Shown here piece after piece: positions 53,773-60,851 of a DNA stretch of 64,000 bases. The first letter of the stretch is position 1; every line of letters begins with the position of its first letter. This DNA is from Phycisphaerae bacterium (GTDB lineage Bacteria > Planctomycetota > Phycisphaerae > Sedimentisphaerales > Anaerobacaceae): contig JAQTMR010000007.1 of the NCBI GenBank assembly GCA_028714255.1, positions 52,341 to 116,340 on the forward strand. The letters are read 5' to 3'. The translations under genes were made by a program, and so were the position numbers. The notes beneath the pieces were generated by a model. That model was given only the letters and a program-made list of their open reading frames with translations. It searched no databases and was not told the origin of the DNA.

Positions 53773-55440
53773 ATGATGGCCTTGGTTGAATACGGCGGCT
53801 ATATATCTATATTTAAATTTCTCATCTTTTTGTTTTTGTTTTTTTCATGGTTGCCGTTGATTACATGGGTATATCAGGATGCCAAGGCAGTCGGAGCCAG
53901 GGAAGTTTTCTGGACAGCCATTGTTTTTGGTGTGGGGGCGGCGGCGGCAATAGTTTGGCTTATTATACCTATTTTTATTATCGGGATGCTTTTCTATTTG
54001 ATTACTGTAGGAGTACCAGTTGTCAGTTATGTGATACACCGCAATGCCAAGGTTCCGGAATTCAACCGTGTTCTGACCGCCGAGCACATCAAGGGTCTGT
54101 TTTCCGGCAAAGAAAAGAAACTTGAAGTTCTCCAAAATTTCCTTTTTATAACAGCCAATAATAACGAAGTCCCCGTCCCCGAACATAAAACGCCGGAATT
54201 TTTCGGTTATAAAGCAGCGTACGGGATTTTCAATGACGCCATTTGGCGAAGGGCAAGCGATGTTGTATTTTCCCCGGCACCGCAAAACTATACCGTCGTT
54301 TACTATGTTGACGGCACGGGCTTGAAACAGCCGGAGATAACTAAAGAACAGATGGAATATTTCATCCGTTTCTTAAAAAATCTTGCTGATTTGGACCCTG
54401 AGGAAAAGCGGAAGCCGCAAAAAGGGAAGTTCAGAATTCACAGGGACAAGGAAAATCTCGATTGGGAAATAACCACAGCCGGCTCGACCGCAGGTGAACA
54501 AATCAGACTTAAGCAAATAACCCGCCAGAGTATAACAAAACTGGCTGAAATAAATCTGATGCCTGAACAATACGAGCAGCTAAGTAAAATTCGCGATGTC
54601 AAACAAGGTCTGTTTATTGTGGCCGGGCCTAAAAAAAGCGGCGTAACAAGTACTTTTTACGCATTGCTCAGAAACCACGACCCGTTCCTTTACAATATAA
54701 ACACCCTCGAAAGACAGCCTTCAGTGGAACTGCCTAATATCACTCAAAACATCTTTGCATTAAGCGATACAGGAACAACTACATACGCAAAGAGGCTGCA
54801 GGCTTTGGTGAGAATGGAGCCTGATGTCATAGGTGTTGCTGATTGCACAGATGGCGAAACAGCCCAAATCGCATGTACAGCCGCCAGAGATGGTAAAATC
54901 GTATATGTTGTCCTCGAAGCAGATGATGTAATACGCGCAATCGGAAAATGGATGAAATTGGTCAATAACAGAAATCTTGTCGCTGAAACACTTCTGGGTA
55001 TAAGCAACCAGCGTCTCCTCAGAAAGCTTTGTGAAGGATGCAAACAGGCCTATGAGCCCAATAAAGAACTTCTCAGAAAGTTCAACGTTCCCGCTGAAAA
55101 AGCCAAAGTGCTTTATCGCCCCGGCAAAGTGCAGTATGACAAACGCGGCAAAGCCACAACCTGCGAAAATTGTCAGGGAACGGGTTTTGTCGGGAGAATG
55201 GGCGTATTTGAAATCGCAATAATGAATGATGAATTGAAAAATGCCGTACGACAGTCAAAGTCTCTTGCAGAAATAAGCACAGAGTTTAGACGCGCCAGGA
55301 TGCTTTATTTGCAGGAACAGGCGCTAAGGAAGGTTATTGCGGGAACGACTGCTATAGACGAGATGGTTAGAGTGCTTGCGACTTCTAAAGATAAAAAAAG
55401 CGAAACAAAAAAAATAAATCCTGAAAAATCTCAGACATGA
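53773..55440 (+). CDS. Membrane-anchored PilB/GspE-like protein with degenerate ATPase motifs (putative pseudo-ATPase)
   Basis: 555 aa. The N-terminal ~95 aa have about 3 TM helices. The PilB/GspE core is recognisable (IWRRASDVVFSP, VVYYVDG, KRKPQKGKFRI, tetracysteine CEGCKQ...CENCQGTGFVGRMGVFE). However, Walker A reads GPKKSGVTST, the Asp box reads RMEPDVIGVADCTD and the His-box region reads DGKIVYVVLEAD. Confidence 0.7.
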   Translation: MMALVEYGGYISIFKFLIFLFLFFSWLPLITWVYQDAKAVGAREVFWTAIVFGVGAAAAIVWLIIPIFIIGMLFYLITVGVPVVSYVIHRNAKVPEFNRVLTAEHIKGLFSGKEKKLEVLQNFLFITANNNEVPVPEHKTPEFFGYKAAYGIFNDAIWRRASDVVFSPAPQNYTVVYYVDGTGLKQPEITKEQMEYFIRFLKNLADLDPEEKRKPQKGKFRIHRDKENLDWEITTAGSTAGEQIRLKQITRQSITKLAEINLMPEQYEQLSKIRDVKQGLFIVAGPKKSGVTSTFYALLRNHDPFLYNINTLERQPSVELPNITQNIFALSDTGTTTYAKRLQALVRMEPDVIGVADCTDGETAQIACTAARDGKIVYVVLEADDVIRAIGKWMKLVNNRNLVAETLLGISNQRLLRKLCEGCKQAYEPNKELLRKFNVPAEKAKVLYRPGKVQYDKRGKATTCENCQGTGFVGRMGVFEIAIMNDELKNAVRQSKSLAEISTEFRRARMLYLQEQALRKVIAGTTAIDEMVRVLATSKDKKSETKKINPEKSQT

Positions 55441-55467
55441 TTATCTAACGATAAAGTTGGGGTTATT

Positions 55468-56610
55468 ATGATTGGTAGTTTATTTATAGTGCTAATTGTT
55501 TTAGGTTGTGGTGTTTATCAGTACCAAAAAGGTACGTTTGTTAAATCGTTTGTTGCGATAGTGGTATCCATTTGCGCAAGCGTAGTTGCCTTTGGTTACT
55601 TTGAACTTTTGGGTAACGTTTTTATCAGCCGCGAGATTCTTTTGTCCTGGGCACATTCGTTTTCCTTTGTTCTGCTGTTTGTTCTGACTTTTGCCGTTTT
55701 GCAGACAGCCGCCATCCAGCTGATTCGCCAGCCGATTAACTTGGGACTTTGGCCTGAACGTATCGGACGAGTTATTTGCGGCCTTTTCTTAGGCCTTATC
55801 TTGTCCGGTATTTTATTCACAATCGTTGCGATGTCTCCCTTATCGGCAAAGTATCCTTACCAGCGTTTTGACGAAAGAATTCCCGACCCTGAAAACCCCA
55901 GCAAGTTACGGTTAAATGCCGACGGCTTTGCAACAGGATGGTTCAGTATGATAAGTAGAGGCAGCTTAAGCGGCAAAAGAAGTTTTGCCGCGCTGCATCC
56001 TGCCTTTCTGGACCAGCTTTTTTTGAATCGACTCAATGTTGATTATGAGGTTCCAATTATCGCCAGCTCTGAGGCGATAAAAGTACCTCAGAAAGGCGTT
56101 TGGCTGGCTTCGGAAGGTCTGAAAGACTCGGACGGGAACCCTGTACAGCCTAAAAGCGGATACAACCTCACAATTGTGCGGGTGGGAATAACCAGTAGTA
56201 TAGAAGGGGACGATAAATTTTCACCTTCTCAATTAAGGTTAATTTGCAGGAAAAAAGGTGATGACAAAAACCCCTTTACCGGAAAAGGAAAAGATGTTTA
56301 CCCTGTCGGATACCTGAAATCGTCAAATGAGTTGCAAATAAAAAATTTAGCCGACCATATACAGATAAGCCGCTCTGATATCGATTTTGCTTTTTATGTT
56401 CCGGATGAGTTCGTTCCCATCTTGATTGAGTTCAGGCAAAACGGCATTTACCAACTGCCGCCGCCCGTATCGTATGACCAGTCACCGGCTGCGGAGGAGC
56501 TTTCCATGATGCTGGAAGAACAAAAACGTGCGGCAGAAAAAGCAAAAGAGGAAGCGGAAAAGAAGGCGAAAGAGAAAGAAACTGCGGAGCCTAATAAACC
56601 CACAGAGTGA
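55468..56610 (+). CDS. CvpA-like membrane protein with a large soluble domain and a Lys/Glu-rich tail
   Basis: 380 aa. Four N-terminal TM helices arranged as in the CvpA family (MIGSLFIVLIVLGCGVYQYQKG...). The tail is EEQKRAAEKAKEEAEKKAKEKETAEP. The family call is tentative. Confidence 0.5.
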   Translation: MIGSLFIVLIVLGCGVYQYQKGTFVKSFVAIVVSICASVVAFGYFELLGNVFISREILLSWAHSFSFVLLFVLTFAVLQTAAIQLIRQPINLGLWPERIGRVICGLFLGLILSGILFTIVAMSPLSAKYPYQRFDERIPDPENPSKLRLNADGFATGWFSMISRGSLSGKRSFAALHPAFLDQLFLNRLNVDYEVPIIASSEAIKVPQKGVWLASEGLKDSDGNPVQPKSGYNLTIVRVGITSSIEGDDKFSPSQLRLICRKKGDDKNPFTGKGKDVYPVGYLKSSNELQIKNLADHIQISRSDIDFAFYVPDEFVPILIEFRQNGIYQLPPPVSYDQSPAAEELSMMLEEQKRAAEKAKEEAEKKAKEKETAEPNKPTE

Positions 56611-56668
56611 TACAGTCAAGAGCTGTTGCGAATAACGGCGGGTTAAAAAATCGACCGAAAGGTAAAAC

Positions 56669-56818
56669 TTAGGCGCAAACGACCAACTCTTCCAGTTCAA
56701 TCTCCATCAGGTGCTCGAGATAAGTGCTCAAATCTGCTTCAGAAAAAGTTGCGAGGAATTCCGGCCTGGCACTTCTATTGATTTCACAAATGCGGTCTAT
56801 CAATTCCCTTTTGCTCAT
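56669..56818 (-). CDS. Candidate 49-aa small acidic protein
   Basis: Peptide: MSKRELIDRICEINRSARPEFLATFSEADLSTYLEHLMEIELEELVVCA. It is below the ORF-track cutoff and has a weak RBS. It looks helical and protein-like rather than a repeat-derived sequence. Confidence 0.4.
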   Translation of the reverse strand: MSKRELIDRICEINRSARPEFLATFSEADLSTYLEHLMEIELEELVVCA

Positions 56819-57248
56819 AGTACACATACCCTTTAAAGCCAATTGATGTTTTTCCTTAACGATTTACCGCAATATCGACTGCGGGGACAATTTTTCTTTA
56901 ACACGCTGATTATCTTCCCGATCAACGCCCTATAACCTGACCCACTATATGACTGTGTTGCTTTTCTTTGGCTACAATATATAGCTCAATCGGACAATTG
57001 GTTTTCATTACTTCTTTCAATGTCCAATAAAACCACCTGTATAGTCAGCTTATCGGCCTCCCAAAAAAATTAAGAATTTCCCATTTTTTATTCTTTTTTG
57101 CATGGTGCCGAGCATTTTCTGTTTATTGCGAAGGGCTATTTACTAAATATAGATGCTTAAAAAAATCCCTTGTCCTTTGTACCTCAATTATTGTATTATT
57201 ATCCATTCCAAGGAAAATCTAAAAAATAAGTCTTTTGGAGGTTCGAAA

Positions 57249-59282
57249 GTGGCAGGTATCGGCGACATTCGCAACGTTGTTCTTTTAGGACATGGCAGCA
57301 GCGGCAAAACCTCTCTTACGGAGGCTATACTGCACATTACCGGTGCAACAAACCGGCTGGGCAGTGTCGATGACAAAACAAGCATTTGTGACTATTATGA
57401 CGAGGAAAAAGAGCACCAGCATTCTATTGCGTCAGCCATAGTCCACACCAACCACGCCGGCAAGCTGCTTAATATCATTGACACCCCCGGCTATCCTGAT
57501 TTTATAGGCCCGGCTATCAAGGCAATATCCGCAGTCGAGACCGCCATAATTGTAATCAGTGCGTCAGCCGGCATCGAGACAAATACACGCAAACTATTCG
57601 AGTCCGCTACAACCGCTAATATGCCGAAGCTCTTGGTTATTAATAAAATGGACGCCGAAAATGTTGACTTTCCTGCTCTTATCAAGGCTATTCAGGAAAC
57701 TTTCGGCTCACAGTGCCGTTGCGCGAACCTGCCTGCCGAGGACAGGGCATCGGTAATCGATTGCATCGAAAACAAGACCGGCGAATCACCGGCAGCCGAT
57801 GTAGCCCAGGCACATACTGATTTAATAGAAAGCGTTATCGAAGCTGACGAAAAGCTTATGGAGAGCTACCTTGGCGGCGAGGAAATCTCCGCTGAAAAGA
57901 TAGCCTCGGTTTTCGTAAATGCCCTCAGGGCCGGAACAATTATTCCGATACTCTTTACCGACGCCCGCAAAGAAGTCGGTGTGGACCGCCTTCTCGATTT
58001 TATTGTGAAATACACACCCTCGCCTCTCCAGGCAAACCCGATTCAACTCAAAGACGGCGAAAATATAACAAAACTTGAGCCGGACCCTGCAAAACCATTG
58101 GCTGGGCTGGTATTTCGTATCGGCTTCGACCCACGCTCGAATATGAAGTATTCCGCTGTTCGTATCTTCAGCGGCACAATTAAATCGGACAGTAATCTTA
58201 TCCGAAATGACGAGAAAAAGGGTATCCGTGCCGGCCACGTCTTAAAGACACAGGGCGGCGAAAATAAAGAAATCGATATCGGCCAGGCAGGCGACATAAT
58301 AACGCTTGCCAAGACCGAGGACTTCAAAATCGGCGACCTTATTCACGATGGCAAAGTCGCAGGGAAATTCGAGACCCTTGCTGTGCCTGAGCCGATGTGT
58401 TCGCTGGCTCTTGAGCTGGCTGCGAAAGGCGATGAGCAAAAAATCAGTTCCGCTCTGGAAAAACTGTGCGAAGAAGACCCATGCCTTAAAGTTACACGCG
58501 ACCATCAGACAAATGAACAGGTCGCCAGCGGCTTAGGCGACCTTCACCTGAGGGTAACGCTCGAAAAACTGGAAAGACGCTTCAAGCTCACAGTAACTGG
58601 AAAAGAGCCCAAGATTCCTTATCGTGAGACAATCACCGCCAAGGCAGAAGGGCATTATCGTCATAAAAAGCAGACCGGAGGTGCGGGCCAGTTCGGAGAG
58701 GTTTATCTGCGGGTTGAACCTGCCCCGCGAGGCTCGGAGCCGCCTTTGGAGTATAGCTGGGACATCTTCGGAGCTTCAATACCGGGTCAGTTTGAGCCTG
58801 CTGTTCAAAAGGGCGTCGTCGATGTGATGCAGAGGGGCGTCGTTGCCGGTTTCCCAATGCAGGACTTAAAGGTTTCTGTTTACGACGGCAAATACCACCC
58901 TGTTGATTCGAAGGAAGTGGCTTTTAGAGCGGCAGGCAAGGGTGCGTTTATCGACGCTATTGGCAAGGCAAAGGCTGTTTTGCTTGAGCCGATTGTAAAT
59001 ATCGAGGTTACTGTCCCCACCGAGAATATGGGCGATATCGCAGGCGATTTGGCTTCCAAGCGGGGAAGAGTCGTGGGCCAGGATATACTCGCGGGGAATT
59101 TCATCGTTGTTAAAGCTGAAGTTCCTCTGGCGGAGGTCGCACAATATAACAGCCAGTTAAAAAGTGTTACCGGCGGGCAGGGCAGCTACTCGATGTCGTT
59201 TTCCCACTATGAGGTTGTTCCACCGAATATTCAACAGCAGGTAATCGCGGCTTACGCGAGAAAGAAAGAAGAAGAGGAGTAA
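57249..59282 (+). CDS. Elongation factor G paralog (EF-G-like translational GTPase)
   Basis: GTG at 57249, 7 nt after GGAGG (the ORF is open from 57153). G1 GHGSSGKTS, G3 DTPGYPDF, G4 NKMD. Domains II to V are recognisable (GDLHLRV, HKKQTGGAGQFG, PILEP-like LLEPIVNIEV). The P-loop differs from the canonical AHIDAGKTT. Confidence 0.85.
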   Translation: MAGIGDIRNVVLLGHGSSGKTSLTEAILHITGATNRLGSVDDKTSICDYYDEEKEHQHSIASAIVHTNHAGKLLNIIDTPGYPDFIGPAIKAISAVETAIIVISASAGIETNTRKLFESATTANMPKLLVINKMDAENVDFPALIKAIQETFGSQCRCANLPAEDRASVIDCIENKTGESPAADVAQAHTDLIESVIEADEKLMESYLGGEEISAEKIASVFVNALRAGTIIPILFTDARKEVGVDRLLDFIVKYTPSPLQANPIQLKDGENITKLEPDPAKPLAGLVFRIGFDPRSNMKYSAVRIFSGTIKSDSNLIRNDEKKGIRAGHVLKTQGGENKEIDIGQAGDIITLAKTEDFKIGDLIHDGKVAGKFETLAVPEPMCSLALELAAKGDEQKISSALEKLCEEDPCLKVTRDHQTNEQVASGLGDLHLRVTLEKLERRFKLTVTGKEPKIPYRETITAKAEGHYRHKKQTGGAGQFGEVYLRVEPAPRGSEPPLEYSWDIFGASIPGQFEPAVQKGVVDVMQRGVVAGFPMQDLKVSVYDGKYHPVDSKEVAFRAAGKGAFIDAIGKAKAVLLEPIVNIEVTVPTENMGDIAGDLASKRGRVVGQDILAGNFIVVKAEVPLAEVAQYNSQLKSVTGGQGSYSMSFSHYEVVPPNIQQQVIAAYARKKEEEE

Positions 59283-59284
59283 CC

Positions 59285-60720
59285 TTATTGTTTTTAGACA
59301 CGGATTTACGCAGATTAACACGGTTTATAATTGTATATCTCTGTGTTCTCTATGGCCTCTGTGGCTAAACTTCTTTATTTGAAAGGGTAAGAAGATGTGT
59401 AATGCGTGCGGGTGCAGTTCGGGCAAGAAAGACAAGCCAAAGAAGAAGAAAACAAAGAGCGGAAAAAAGAAGTAAAATTCAGAACTAAGAAGGTTTCGGT
59501 AGGGGGAAAACGAGGAGTTAGGCAGATTCCGGCTAAAAGCCGTTCTGGGATCTGCCTATGTTGTTAGGGGGCAGGCTTTTCATAGAATGGCCAAAATAGG
59601 CAATCTGGGGTAGCATCAATCCGTCTTCGCCAAGGCTTCGCCGCGATAAATTGCGCAAGTTGGGGGTTTGAGACGTGCAAAGACTTACAGTAACTTACAA
59701 CAACTTACAATAATTTACAAAAAACATACCCTAAATTACAAAAACTGATGCAAAACTTACAACAATTTTGCACCCCCCCTGCGCATTTGATTGAAATTTA
59801 ATTAGCCACAGATTTCACGGATTTACACAGATTTTTTTGGCCACCGAGAACACAGAGTTCACAGAGAATTTTTAGTTTTTAGTTCATAGAAAAAATTGGC
59901 CACAAAGTCATCCGCCTTCGCCGAGGCTACGGCGGACAGACGTCGACACAAAGAAAAGTTAGACGCGGATTTCGCAGATTGCGCAGAGGCAACATTGAAA
60001 AGTATATTAGTATATGCATACATACTAATATAGCGATTTAACAATCGTGGTTTTTAAAGTCAGAGATTTAACGGATAGGGTTCTAGTCCTTTTGACTAAT
60101 CAAAAGGACTACGAGCATTTTATAAACGTAAGGGGTTTTTTAGTGAGGGATTTTAAGTTGGTCGATAGTCGTTAGTGTCTTCCGCTGTCGCTGAAGGGCT
60201 CCCACCTTCGCTAAAGCTACGGTGGACAGGTCGCTACGAGATTTTTTTTGCCACGAAGCCACCAAGACACGAAGAAAAATTAACCACGAATTCACACGAA
60301 GGGACACAATTTTTTACCGCAGAGGACGCGGAGAACGCAGAGATTTTAGATGTTTTTTCCAGTAGGTGGCAATGCCACATAGCGCGAGAAAGTTCAGAGG
60401 TTTTTTAGGTTGGGGGTTTGGGAAGGAGATTTTTTTGCGGGTTGCGCAGTGCTGCCGGAGGCCGTCACGAGGAAACGGACAGTAAGTATGCCGAAGGCAT
60501 ACGGATAAAACAGGTTCCGAGCAGAAATTTGGTGTTGACGGGGACGGCCGCCGGGGGCGGAGAAAGTAGAACAGGTGAACAGTAGAGCAGTTGAAAGGAA
60601 AATCGAAATTAGAAAAAAGATTGTGGGAATTTAGAAAAGGGGGTAGAATTGGGAGACAATCCAAAAGAAAAAAGGGGGAAGTTGAAAAAGAATTTTGTTG
60701 ACTTTTTGGTATAGGGGGTG
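59285..60720. repeat. Intergenic repeat island III (about 1.4 kb, largest mosaic of repeat modules)
   Basis: 9-mer triplet modules at 59291-59370, 59797-59873, 59888-59990 and 60242-60347. Phased element at 59684-59772. GC hairpins at 59911-59936 and 60201-60226. AT-rich inverted repeat at 60003-60032. 12-bp-stem palindrome at 60084-60111. Confidence 0.85.
59395..59475 (+). CDS. Candidate 26-aa Cys-x2-Cys-x-Cys / poly-Lys peptide
   Basis: The ATG lies after GAAAGGGTAAGAAG. Peptide: MCNACGCSSGKKDKPKKKKTKSGKKK. It is embedded between repeat modules. Coding status unproven. Confidence 0.3.
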   Translation: MCNACGCSSGKKDKPKKKKTKSGKKK

Positions 60721-60851
60721 TAGTTCTTCATTTCAATTGATGGAGAAGGGCGAGCTTGTTTGTCGTTCTAATTTGCGGAGCTTTTCTTCCCTAATGAAAT
60801 CAAAGAGATTTGGGATAATTGTTTTTTATATTATTTTCCGGAGGGCGAAAA

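Noticed and set aside
56767-56781. Sigma-54-like element TGGCAC-N5-TTGA
   Set aside because: The -12 element is GA rather than the conserved GC. It lies inside the candidate 49-aa ORF on the other strand and about 470 nt from the next + strand start.
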